From Victivallales bacterium (GTDB lineage Bacteria > Verrucomicrobiota > Lentisphaeria > Victivallales > UBA1829), in NCBI GenBank assembly GCA_045589595.1, contig JAZNPK010000032.1, positions 53,475 through 117,474 of the forward strand: a DNA stretch of 64,000 nt. Direction: 5' to 3'. Made by a program: the position numbers and the translations under genes. Positions 1-9,584 of this stretch are shown here, in pieces. Below the pieces are notes generated by a model that had not been told where the DNA came from, searched no databases, and saw only the letters and a list, made by a program, of their open reading frames with translations. Each line of letters begins with the position of its first letter. Positions within the stretch are counted from its first letter, which is position 1.

Positions 1-1349
1 TGGAGATCCGGGGCGGGGAATATCTGTTCCGTTCCACGGCGACTGTGGTGAAATTTACCGGTTATCTCCGCGCTTACAATTTCCAGGAGGAAGGTGCCGA
101 CGCGGAAGATGATGACGATACCCGCAACGCAGATGTTCTTGCCGCACTCAAGCCGCAGGAGATCTGTACGCTCATCCGATCCCTTTCCGAACAGAAATTC
201 ACGGAACCTGCTCCCCGTTTCTCCGAAGCGACTCTGATCAAAGATCTGGAAACGAACGGGATCGGCAGACCGTCCACCTACGCCACCATCGTCAACACCA
301 TTCAGGTCCGGAAATATGTCCAGAAGGATAAAGGGAAACTGATCCCCACCGATCTCGGTTTCCGGATCAATGATTATCTGGTGGAAAGTCTGCCCGCACT
401 GTTCCAGGTCGGCTTCACCGCCGATATGGAAGATCAGCTTGACATCATCGGGCAGGGCGAAGTCCTGTGGACCGAAATGATCCGCTCCTTCTACGATAAA
501 TTCTCCGGTTGGCTCAAAGATGCAAAAGGTGCAGGCGCACCCGAAAACCGGAAAGCCGATGCACTCATTGCCCAGATCCATAAGATCCGCAACTGGGAGA
601 TCCCCGAACGCACCGCTGGCAAAAAAGCATTCGATGACCGTAAATTCTTTGCCTCCATCGAAACAAAATATTCCAAAGACGGTCTCATTTCCGGCAGACA
701 GTGGGAAGCTCTCCTGACGCTCGCACTCAAGTACGAACAGGATCTGCCCGAACTGCGCAGTATCGCGGAAGAAAACGGTTTCGCCGACGATCTCGCCGAC
801 GCTGATGCAAAACGGAAAAAAGCCGAAGCCGGCAGAAAAGAAACCATCATCAAGCGTATGGAAGCCGCTGCCGCCGCACCGTCCCAGGATGGTCTGCCCC
901 AGATCTTTGCCGCTATGAACAATCTGAAATGGGCGGAACCCGAAAAACGCCGCGGCCGTCTCTATGACGACAGCAAGTTCTTTGAATCTCTCAAGAAACA
1001 GTGCGACGCCGGAAAAAATCTGTCCGAAAAACAGATCGCCGCTCTGGGCAAAATGATCGAAAAATATCAGGATCAGCTGCCTGAAGCTGCATCTTATATC
1101 GCCACCATCAATACCAAACTGCCTGCTGTGGACGATCCCGCCGCCGGCGAAAAAGCCGCCGCCGCCGCTGAACTGATCGCCCAGTTCGACAAGGTGACAA
1201 AATGGGCGGAACCCGTGCGGAAAGGCCGCCGCGTTTACGACGATCACGAATTCGTCAAGTCCATCGCCAACCACCTGAAAGCCGGTAAAGTCCTCAGCGA
1301 TAAACAGCTGGAAGCACTCCGGAAAATGGCAGCGAAATATTCCATGTAA
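1..1349 (+). CDS. topA: DNA topoisomerase I, C-terminal portion (5' end lies upstream of the window)
   Basis: Frame is open from nt 3 to the TAA at 1347-1349, so the track ORF 45..1349 is only the first in-window Met. Contains the type IA motif GIGRPSTYATIV. Has three copies of a ~55-aa C-terminal repeat (NWEIPER..FDDRKFF, KWAEPEKRRGRLYDDSKFF, KWAEPVRKGRRVYDDHEFV). Confidence 0.85.
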   Translation, partial: EIRGGEYLFRSTATVVKFTGYLRAYNFQEEGADAEDDDDTRNADVLAALKPQEICTLIRSLSEQKFTEPAPRFSEATLIKDLETNGIGRPSTYATIVNTIQVRKYVQKDKGKLIPTDLGFRINDYLVESLPALFQVGFTADMEDQLDIIGQGEVLWTEMIRSFYDKFSGWLKDAKGAGAPENRKADALIAQIHKIRNWEIPERTAGKKAFDDRKFFASIETKYSKDGLISGRQWEALLTLALKYEQDLPELRSIAEENGFADDLADADAKRKKAEAGRKETIIKRMEAAAAAPSQDGLPQIFAAMNNLKWAEPEKRRGRLYDDSKFFESLKKQCDAGKNLSEKQIAALGKMIEKYQDQLPEAASYIATINTKLPAVDDPAAGEKAAAAAELIAQFDKVTKWAEPVRKGRRVYDDHEFVKSIANHLKAGKVLSDKQLEALRKMAAKYSM

Positions 1350-1373
1350 GCCCTCTCCCGGACTCAACACTCA

Positions 1374-1408
1374 AGCCGGTTTCCGTTTTTCGCGGAGCCG
1401 GCTTTTTT
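1374..1408 (+). terminator. Intrinsic terminator after topA
   Basis: AAGCCGG (1373-1379) pairs with CCGGCTT (1398-1404), with further pairing inside. A T6 run follows, 25 nt after the topA stop. Confidence 0.65.
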
Positions 1409-1433
1409 CATTCTGCACTTTTCCGACGCACAA

Positions 1434-1476
1434 AATATACTATAACTTGTTGCATACTAAAATGTTATAGTATATT
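1434..1476. promoter_or_regulatory. Perfect 13-bp inverted repeat, operator-like
   Basis: AATATACTATAAC (1434-1446), 17-nt spacer, GTTATAGTATATT (1464-1476). The arms are exact reverse complements. Lies about 30 nt upstream of the candidate -35 at 1504. Confidence 0.4.
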
Positions 1477-1503
1477 TCCATGAAAATTTCTCCGTTTTAC
1501 CTC

Positions 1504-1532
1504 TTGTTTTCTTCCAGCGGGTGTTCTATAAT
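1504..1532 (+). promoter_or_regulatory. Sigma70-like promoter candidate upstream of the V-ATPase leader
   Basis: TTGTTT (1504-1509), 17-nt spacer, TATAAT (1527-1532). Promoter rules for this lineage are unknown, so this is a pattern match only. Confidence 0.35.
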
Positions 1533-1766
1533 ATACGACAAGAATCGCGACAGATACGCTGTCCGGTCAACAACTTCAACAAAGGGGGGTACTATGAGAC
1601 TCGAGGCAAAAACACTGGTAAAAATGAAAACGGCGGAAGTGATCGTCCCTGATCACCGGAAGCGAATTCGAGGCGTTCCGGGACGCGATGGAAAAATTCC
1701 ATCACAAAGCGGCTTTGAGAGCTGGTGACGACTGAATAACAACCAAACCCCGAATTTCCCCAATGA

Positions 1767-1801
1767 AAGGGCGGTGTCACGTGATGCCGCTCTTCCTTTT
1801 T
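1767..1801 (+). terminator. Intrinsic-terminator-like hairpin inside the V-ATPase upstream region
   Basis: AAGGGCGG (1767-1774) pairs with CCGCTCTT (1787-1794), 8 bp including one G-U. The inner palindrome TCACGTGA extends the stem. Followed by CC then T5 (1797-1801). Lies about 130 nt upstream of the atpE ATG. Confidence 0.55.
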
Positions 1802-1933
1802 GATTTGAAAACCGAAAGATTTTGAAATCGAATCAATATACAACTTGCAATTTTTCAAAATGGTGCTACTTTACTTGGTGTATATAGAAAATTGAATCAG
1901 AAAAACAACACCGGAAAACAGGAGAACCACAAA

Positions 1934-2518
1934 ATGGCAGAAGATTTACAGGGACTTTTGACCCGTATTCAGAATGACGGTATCAAAAAAGCAGAAACGG
2001 AACGGGATACCATCGTTTCCAATGCCAAAGCGGAAGCGGAAAAGATCATTGCGGCAGCGAAAGCCGAGGCGGCAGCCCTGATCGCCAAAGCACAGGAAAA
2101 CGCCCGTGAAGAAGAAAAACGCTCCGGCGAAGCGATCCGTCAGGCGGCACGCGATACGCTCAATACTTTCAAAGCCGACCTGCTGGAACGCCTGCGGAAA
2201 GTCACCAAAGAAATGGCAGGAGCCGCAATGACGCCCCAGGTGATGGCAGATATCATCCGTGCCATGGCGGCAGGTTATGCCGCGCAGGGAGATGCGGCAC
2301 TGGAAGTACTTCTACCGGCGAAAGAATGTGATGCACTGGAAGCCGGTCTCAAAGCCAGTCTTCTGAACGATATCAAGGCGGAAGGTGTGCCTATCAGCGG
2401 CGGCTTGAAGATCGGTTTCAACGGCAGCGATGAATATCTGGACTTCAGCGATGAAGCGTTGACTGACATCATCTGCGACTATGTCGGTCCCAGACTCGCC
2501 GCACTGCTCAAGGGCTGA
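1934..2518 (+). CDS. atpE: V-type ATPase subunit E
   Basis: Ala/Glu/Lys-rich coiled-coil N-terminus (IKKAETERDTIVSNAKAEAEKIIAAAKAEAAALIAKAQ) typical of stator subunit E. First gene of an E-X-A-B-D-I-K operon. The track start 1892 is a TTG. The ATG at 1934 follows AGGAGA (1919-1924). Confidence 0.8.
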   Translation: MAEDLQGLLTRIQNDGIKKAETERDTIVSNAKAEAEKIIAAAKAEAAALIAKAQENAREEEKRSGEAIRQAARDTLNTFKADLLERLRKVTKEMAGAAMTPQVMADIIRAMAAGYAAQGDAALEVLLPAKECDALEAGLKASLLNDIKAEGVPISGGLKIGFNGSDEYLDFSDEALTDIICDYVGPRLAALLKG

Positions 2519-2523
2519 TCAGA

Positions 2524-3069
2524 ATGGCATATTCCACGCAACTTTACTCACTGATCTCCTCCCTGCCGCCGCTGAGTATGCAGGAAAAACCGGCGGTCTC
2601 ACGGGAGGAATTTCTGGAATCTGCCGCCGCGTTCATGTTGGATCGGGAGGCGGAAATGCTTGCCGCTCTTTCCATTGTTCCGGCAGATGATGCCGTGTTT
2701 CCGGAAGGTTCCTTCTGCGAACAGTACACCCGCTGGGAACGGGCGCTGCGCCGCAGTATTCTGCGGATCCGTACCGCCAGACGCACCGATGCCGCCGAAC
2801 AACTGGCGAAACATGCCGATGCTTTTGAATGTGATGCAGACAGTGCAGCAATCCGCGCTTATGCCGCCGCCGACCCGCTGGAACGGGAACGGCTTTTGGA
2901 TGCCGCACGCTGGACAAAGACGGAAGAACTGACCTCCGGACATGTGTTTGATCTGGATCAGGTCTGTGCTTATTTCATCCGGCTGCAGATCGCGGAAAAA
3001 TGGGCGAAACGCACCGCAGGGGATGCGGAGAAAAATCTGGATGCCGCAGCGGCTGCGCTGCTCGGCTGA
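2524..3069 (+). CDS. V-ATPase-associated protein in the DUF2764 (subunit C-like) position
   Basis: Called by synteny and size only. It sits between the E and A genes, as the DUF2764 protein does in Bacteroidetes/Chlamydia-type V-ATPase operons. No catalytic motif recognisable by eye. Confidence 0.5.
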   Translation: MAYSTQLYSLISSLPPLSMQEKPAVSREEFLESAAAFMLDREAEMLAALSIVPADDAVFPEGSFCEQYTRWERALRRSILRIRTARRTDAAEQLAKHADAFECDADSAAIRAYAAADPLERERLLDAARWTKTEELTSGHVFDLDQVCAYFIRLQIAEKWAKRTAGDAEKNLDAAAAALLG

Positions 3070-3129
3070 ATTTGAATACGAAAACAAAATAAAAAAGATC
3101 AACATACAACAAGCAGGAGTATTTCTGCC

Positions 3130-4869
3130 ATGACCGAAGACAACAATCGGGGACAAATCACCGGCGTCAACGGGAACCTGGTGACAGTGGAATTCAGTAC
3201 ACAGGTCACACAGAACGAGGTCGCCTACATCGTTCTCGGAGACGAGAAACTCAAAGCGGAAGTCATCCGTGTACGCGGCCGCCGTGCCGACCTTCAGGTG
3301 TTTGAAAGCACCGTGGGACTCAAAGTCGGAGACGAAGTTGAATTTACAGATGAACTTTTGAGTGCGACACTGGGACCGGGACTTCTCACCCGTACTTTTG
3401 ACGGACTCCAGAACCCCCTTGAGGACCTTGCCGAAAAATCAGGCGTGTTCCTGAAACGCGGTGTCTATCTGGATGCCCTCAAAGAAGATTCCCTCTGGGA
3501 TTTCACCGCCACTGCGAAAGCCGGCGATAAACTCGTTGCCGGTGATGCCATCGGTTGGGTCCCCGAAGGCGGGATCAAACACTTGATCATGCTCCCCTTT
3601 GCATTCAACGGCACATGGACCCTCACATCCGTTGCCGCCGACGGAAAATATGATCTGCGTACGCCCATTGCAAAAGCTGTGAACGAAAAAGGCGAAGAAC
3701 GCAGCATTACCATGGTCCAGAAATGGCCGGTGAAAATTCCCATCGACTGTTACCGGGAAAAACTCCTTCCGGTGAAACCCCTGCTGACACAGCAGCGTAT
3801 TATCGATACTTTCTTCCCGGTGGCACAGGGCGGAACTTTCTGTACACCCGGTCCCTTCGGGGCGGGCAAAACGGTGCTTCAGCACTCCCTGAGCCGTTAC
3901 GCGGACGCGGATGTGGTGATCGTTGCCGCCTGCGGTGAGCGTGCCGGTGAAGTGGTGGAGATCCTTCAGGAATTTCCGGAACTGGACGACCCCAAGACCG
4001 GCAGAAAACTGATCGAACGTTCCATCATCATCTGCAATACCAGTTCCATGCCGGTCGCGGCGCGTGAAGCATCTGTCTATACGGCGGTGACGCTTGCGGA
4101 ATATTACCGTCAGATGGGGCTGAACGTGCTGATGCTGGCAGACTCCACCTCCCGCTGGGCGCAGGCGCTGCGCGAAATGTCCGGCAGATTGGAAGAGATC
4201 CCCGGCGAAGAAGCCTTCCCCGCCTATCTTGAATCCCGTATCGCCAGCTTCTATGAACGAGCCGGGCTGGTGAAACTGAACGATGGTTCTGTCGGTTCAG
4301 TGACCATCGGCGGTGCAGTCAGTCCTGCCGGCGGCAACTTTGAAGAACCGGTGACACAGGCGACGCTGAAAGTGGTGGGTGCGTTCCTCGGTCTTTCCCG
4401 TGACCGTTCCTCCGCCCGCCGTTTCCCTGCCATCCACCCGCTGGAAAGCTGGAGTCATTACAAGAGCATTGTGGATGCCGGTCAGATTTCCTTTGCCCGC
4501 AGTCTTCTCCGCCGCGGTCAGGAAGTCAACCAGATGATGAAAGTGGTGGGTGAAGAAGGGACCAATACGGACGACTTTGTGATCTATCTCAAGAGTGAAT
4601 TTCTGGACTTTGTCTATCTTCAGCAGAATACCTTTGATGAAGTGGATGCCGCGTGCAGCGAAGAACGCCAGAAATATTGTTTCAGCAAGGTCTGTCAGGT
4701 TCTGGATACAAAATTCCAGTTTGATTCCAAAGACACAGCGCGGCGTTTCTTCCAGGAACTGCAGCTGATCTTCACCGATTGGAACTATATGCCCTTCGGT
4801 TCCGATGAGTTCAAACAACAGGAAGAAGTGATTGCTTCCAAAATCCAGGAGAAGGCTTGCCATGCGTAA
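3130..4869 (+). CDS. atpA: V-type ATPase catalytic subunit A
   Basis: 579 aa. Walker [10 protein letters not shown]. Conserved [34 protein letters not shown] block. Confidence 0.95.
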
Positions 4870-6166
4870 AGTTTATCACAGAATCATTCAGATCGCCGGC
4901 AACGTGATCACAGTGGAAGCCGACGGTGTTGCATACAATGACCTGGCGGAAGTCACCACCAGCCGCGGGACCTCTCTCGCTCAGGTGATCCGTCTTGACG
5001 GCAGAAAAGTTTCTCTGCAGGTTTTTGCCGGTTCCCGCGGTATCAGTACGGGCGATGAAGTGCGTTTTCTCGGAAAACCCATGCAGGTTTCCAGTTCGTC
5101 CGATCTTCTGGGGCGGATTTTTACCGGAGCCGGTAAACCCCGCGACAACCGTCCTGCCATTGAAGACGATATGATCGAGATCGGCGGACCGTCCGTCAAT
5201 CCTGCGGAACGAATCATTCCCCGGAACATGATCCGTACCGGTATTCCCATGATCGACCTGTTCAATACGCTGGTGGAATCCCAGAAACTGCCGATTTTCT
5301 CTTCTGCCGGTGAACCGTACAACGAACTTCTTGCCCGGATCGCCATGCAGGCTGAAGTGGATGTGATCATCCTCGGCGGTATGGGAATGAAGTATGACGA
5401 TTATCTGTTCTTCAAAAATACCCTTGACGAACACGGCGCATTGTCCCGCTCCGTCATGTTCATCCATACGGCATCCGACCCCATCGTGGAATGTCTGCTG
5501 GTGCCGGATATGTGTCTTGCGGTGGCGGAATCCTACGCATTGCGTGAGACCAACAACCGCGTACTGGTCCTTCTGACCGATATGACCAACTTTGCCGATG
5601 CCATGAAAGAAATCGCCATCACCATGGAACAGATCCCGTCCAACCGCGGTTATCCCGGGGACCTGTACAGTCAGCTCGCAAGCCGTTATGAAAAGGCGGT
5701 CGACTTCAAAGGTGCGGGTTCCATCACGGTTCTGGCGGTCACCACCATGCCGGGCGACGATGTGACGCATCCCATTCCGGACAATACCGGGTACATCACG
5801 GAAGGTCAGTTCTATCTGAGCAAGGGCAGAATCGAACCCTTCGGTTCACTCAGCCGTCTGAAACAGCAGGTGAACGGAAAGACCCGTGATGACCACCGTA
5901 CCATTATGGATACCATGATCCGTTTCTATGCTGACTACAAAGAAACGCTGGAAAAACAGTCCATGGGCTTCCAGATGAGTTCGTGGGATACCAAACTTCT
6001 GAAATTCGGCGGCAGATTTGAAAAGGAAATGATGGATCTTTCCGTCAATATCCAGCTTGAAGAAGCCCTCGATCTGGGATGGAAGATCCTTGCCGATTGT
6101 TTCGACCCCACCGAGACCGGTATCAAAACCGGACTCATCGAACAGTTCTGGCCCGCAAAGGATTAA
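4862..6166 (+). CDS. atpB: V-type ATPase subunit B
   Basis: [21 protein letters not shown]-terminus and [34 protein letters not shown] block. The ATG at 4862 overlaps the atpA stop (ATGCGTAA). The track start 4832 lies inside atpA. Confidence 0.93.
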
Positions 6167-6211
6167 ACCGAACACGATTAAGTCAGCTATTTATCCGACA
6201 GGAATCTCATA

Positions 6212-6826
6212 ATGGCAAAAGTGAAACTGACCAAAACCGCGCTGAAGCAGGAACGCGACGCTCTCAAACAGTATGAGCGTTTTCTGCCGACACTGCAGCT
6301 CAAAAAACAACAGCTGCAGCTTGAAATGCGCCTCTGTCTGGAACAGATCGCCGCCAATGAGGAACGTGAAAACGCATCCAAAAAAGCCCTCCGCTCATGG
6401 TCTGCTCTCTTCGGAGATGATGCCGCACCGGAAATGATCCGCAGAAGGATCGCCGTCCGTGCCGTCAATACCGATACCATGAACATCGCCGGTGTGAATG
6501 TACCGAAGTACCGTGGTGTGGATTTTGAGGAACTGCCCTGCGATCTTTATCTGGAAGAACCATGGCTCGATGATGCTGTGGATGCCGTCCGGAAGATCGT
6601 GGAGATCCGCAAGGAACGGGATGTCATCCGGGAACAATACCGGTTGATCGGGCAGGAATTGCGTACTACGACCCAGCGCGTCAATCTGTTTGAAAAAGTC
6701 AAAATACCCGAAGCGAAAGAAAATATCCGCATCATTCAGATCGCCATCGGAGACGCACAGACAAGTGCCGTTGTCCGTTCCAAGATCGCAAAGAAAAAAT
6801 TGCAGGGAGAGGAGGGTGCCGCATGA
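6212..6826 (+). CDS. atpD: V-type ATPase central-stalk subunit D
   Basis: MAKVKLTKTALKQERDALKQYERFLPTLQLKKQQLQLE coiled-coil N-terminus. 204 aa. Operon position after B. Confidence 0.85.
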   Translation: MAKVKLTKTALKQERDALKQYERFLPTLQLKKQQLQLEMRLCLEQIAANEERENASKKALRSWSALFGDDAAPEMIRRRIAVRAVNTDTMNIAGVNVPKYRGVDFEELPCDLYLEEPWLDDAVDAVRKIVEIRKERDVIREQYRLIGQELRTTTQRVNLFEKVKIPEAKENIRIIQIAIGDAQTSAVVRSKIAKKKLQGEEGAA

Positions 6827-8733
6827 TCGTACCGATGAAAAAAATCACTCTGCTCTGTCTGGAACAGGATAAGACCGCCGTACTGGAAAAACTCCGGGAT
6901 CTGGGCGTGATGCAGCTGCGTTATGCAAAAACACCCGAATCCGCCGATGTGACCGCACTTACCGGCGAACTCAACAGCACGGAACGCGCCGCGATGCTCC
7001 TTATCACGGAAGAAGGAAAATATAATGGACCCGATTCCGCGCTGAAGGGAAAAGAGGCTGTCGCCCGCGTCCTTGCACTGACAGAAGAACGCAATCAACT
7101 GGCAAAAACCGGAAACGAACTGGAACGGGAACTGGAAGCATTGCAGCCCTGGGGCGATTTCGATCCCGCTGCCATGGATGCCGTCCGGGAAAACGGTTTG
7201 TATCCTTATCTCTGCGCCGTCCGGAAACAGAACAGTGCCGCGTTCCGGGAAAGTCTGCCGGAAAATGCCGTACTGGAACAGGTTTCCGCCGACCGGATCA
7301 ACGATTATCTTCTTCTGATCCTGACAGATAAACCGGAACAGGAACCGGCGTTTGTGGTGTCGCTCCCCCGTAAAACCTTGTCGCAGGTCCGACAGGAACT
7401 CGATACGGTGACGGACCGGAAAAATGCCGTTACAAAAGAAATGCTGAGTCTGAAAAATGCGCTTGGCAGTATTCAGGATCTTGCCGGTGATATCGGCGGA
7501 AAATTGGAATTTGCCTGTGCAAAAGACGGCATGGCGGAAGAAGGTGCCCTTGCCTGGATCTTCGGTTATGTCCCCGTTACCGGATTGGAGAGTCTGCAGA
7601 ACGCCGCAAAAGAAAATGGTATGGCGCTCCTTGTGGAAGATCCCGCTGAAGATGACGATCAGGTGCCCACCTATATTGTCAAACCGAAATTCCTGAATAT
7701 CATGGATCCGCTTTTCGATTTCATCGGCGTGTCGCCCGGATACAGGGAAAACGATGTCAATATGTTTTTCCTCATCTTCTTCCCCGTCTTTTTCGGTCTG
7801 ATCATCGGTGATGCCGGTTACGGATTCCTCTTTATCGCCATCACCGCCCTGTGTATCTGCACCATGTGGAAAAAGAAACCCGCCGTCCGGCTGCCGTTGA
7901 GCCTCTTTCTGCTGCTGTCCGCCATGACGGTCCTCTGGGGATGGCTGAACGGATCCTGGTTCGGGATCACCCGCAGCGCATTGCCCGCATTCATGCAGGG
8001 AACCGATTTTCTCGGCAATCCTGTCGGCAGCGAAGCGGCTCACAACTTCGCCGCCTGGGTCGGATTGATCAATGAAAATATGGATCCCGCCAACATTCAG
8101 ACGGCGATGGGTGATTTCAAAAACAAATTCATCCAGTTCCTCTGTTTTGCCATTGCCGGTGTGCATCTGCCCGCCGCCAGGATCTTCCGTTTCTTCGCGG
8201 ATATCAGATCCTCATGGCGCGCATTCGGGCAACTCGGATGGGCTCTGTTCCTCGTGGCAAACATGATCATGGCAATAAACCTGATCGTCTATACCAATAT
8301 CCTGACCGTACATCCCATGCTCAAAACGGCAATGATCGGCTGTTATGGTATCGGATTGCTTCTGGTCGTTGTGACCATCCGCGTTCAGGATTCACTGAAT
8401 CTGCCATTCTCACTGGTCGGCAGTTTCGTGGACGTTCTTTCCTATATCCGTTTGTTTGCCGTCGGACTCGCAGGTGCGTTCATCTCCGAAAAATTCAACG
8501 GAATGGGCGTGCAGCTCATGGATTCCATGCCGGAGACTTTGAAAGTCATCGGTGCGATCCTGATGATCCTCGTTGCTGTTTTCGGCAACCTGCTCAATAT
8601 CGCGCTCGGATTCCTGAGCGTATTGGTCCACGCCGTCCGGTTGAACACATTGGAATTTTCCAATCATATCGAAATGCAATGGGCAGGTTTCAAATTCCGC
8701 CCGTTCAAAAAGAATAAAGACACAACAAAATAA
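6823..8733 (+). CDS. atpI: V-type ATPase subunit I (membrane a-subunit)
   Basis: 636 aa. Soluble N-terminal half, then a multi-TM half with the Arg-containing helix LSYIRLFAVGLAG. ATGA overlap with the atpD stop. Confidence 0.85.
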   Translation: MIVPMKKITLLCLEQDKTAVLEKLRDLGVMQLRYAKTPESADVTALTGELNSTERAAMLLITEEGKYNGPDSALKGKEAVARVLALTEERNQLAKTGNELERELEALQPWGDFDPAAMDAVRENGLYPYLCAVRKQNSAAFRESLPENAVLEQVSADRINDYLLLILTDKPEQEPAFVVSLPRKTLSQVRQELDTVTDRKNAVTKEMLSLKNALGSIQDLAGDIGGKLEFACAKDGMAEEGALAWIFGYVPVTGLESLQNAAKENGMALLVEDPAEDDDQVPTYIVKPKFLNIMDPLFDFIGVSPGYRENDVNMFFLIFFPVFFGLIIGDAGYGFLFIAITALCICTMWKKKPAVRLPLSLFLLLSAMTVLWGWLNGSWFGITRSALPAFMQGTDFLGNPVGSEAAHNFAAWVGLINENMDPANIQTAMGDFKNKFIQFLCFAIAGVHLPAARIFRFFADIRSSWRAFGQLGWALFLVANMIMAINLIVYTNILTVHPMLKTAMIGCYGIGLLLVVVTIRVQDSLNLPFSLVGSFVDVLSYIRLFAVGLAGAFISEKFNGMGVQLMDSMPETLKVIGAILMILVAVFGNLLNIALGFLSVLVHAVRLNTLEFSNHIEMQWAGFKFRPFKKNKDTTK

Positions 8734-8771
8734 CAACATAAAAACAAAAAATCTCAAAGGAGAAACAAACA

Positions 8772-9281
8772 ATGACTGAAACAATGAAACAGCTTCCGGA
8801 TTTTGTGCAGTATGCACTGGTCTATGCCGCAGCATTTTCATCCATCGGATTCGCTGCCATCGGATCCGCTTACGGATGCGGTGTCGCCGCATGTTCCGCC
8901 GTCGGCGCATGGAAAAAATGTTATGCCCAGAACAAACCTGCTCCCTTCCAGCTGCTCATCTTTGCGGGTGCCCCCCTCTCCCAGACCATCTACGGTATGA
9001 TCATCATGTTCATCGTTATGGGCGCACAGCTGAATTATCCCGGCATGTGGTACGTCTATATGATGGTCGGTATCCTCTCCGGTATCGCAATGGGCGTGTC
9101 TGCAGTCTGGCAGGGTAAATCCGCCGCCGCCGCCGCTGATGCTTTCGCCGATACCGGTAAAGGCTTCACAAACCAGCTGATGGTCCTCGGTATCGTGGAA
9201 ACGGTCGCGATCTTCGTTATGGCATTCGCAATCGTTCTGCTGAACGCTTTTGCCGGCGTTGCCGCGAAACTCGCCGCCTGA
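8772..9281 (+). CDS. atpK: V-type ATPase proteolipid subunit K (4-TM c subunit)
   Basis: 169 aa and very hydrophobic. Carries the ion-binding Glu in LGIVETVAIF, plus PLSQTIYG and VWQGKSAAAA motifs. Confidence 0.85.
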   Translation: MTETMKQLPDFVQYALVYAAAFSSIGFAAIGSAYGCGVAACSAVGAWKKCYAQNKPAPFQLLIFAGAPLSQTIYGMIIMFIVMGAQLNYPGMWYVYMMVGILSGIAMGVSAVWQGKSAAAAADAFADTGKGFTNQLMVLGIVETVAIFVMAFAIVLLNAFAGVAAKLAA

Positions 9282-9296
9282 TTTTTACAGGATAAA

Positions 9297-9535
9297 CAAG
9301 CACACGGAAGTGTGCTGTATCGTTATTATTTCCGGCGTTCCGCCGCCGGACCACGTCAGGGGTACAGCCCTTGATTTTAAGCAGAAAACGCAACACGGAA
9401 CCGTGTTGCGTTTTCTGCCATAGTCAATGTTGCACCGCAACATTGACGGAAAAGATAAAAATCCCGCCACACGCACAGTGTGTACCACCAAGTCCTTCCT
9501 CCCAACGCTTTGCTTGGTCGTTGTCACGGAGAGAC
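9297..9535 (+). repeat. Multi-hairpin intergenic element, diverged copy (copy E)
   Basis: Hairpins present:
- AGCACAC-ggaa-GTGTGCT (9299-9316)
- TCCGGCG-ttccgc-CGCCGGA (9331-9350)
- AGGG..CCCT
- an 18-nt perfect inverted repeat GCAGAAAACGCAACACGG/CCGTGTTGCGTTTTCTGC (9381-9418)
- GTCAATGTTGC-acc-GCAACATTGAC (9423-9447)

These are followed by a reversed, degenerate copy of the ~70-nt unit seen at 59311-59574. Module order matches the copies at 20.6, 53.3 and 58.9-59.3 kb. Confidence 0.7.
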
Positions 9536-9584
9536 TATTTTATTCCCTGTCGTTTGGGCAACGGGGTTGCAGTGCGGAACGCGA

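Noticed and set aside
1480-1728. 82-aa ORF (and antisense 88-aa ORF 1592-1858) in the V-ATPase upstream region
   Set aside because: It has no SD for the 1480 start, no motif, and an odd composition. The region is better explained as a structured leader bounded by a promoter match and a terminator. A short 44-aa peptide from the ATG at 1594 cannot be excluded.
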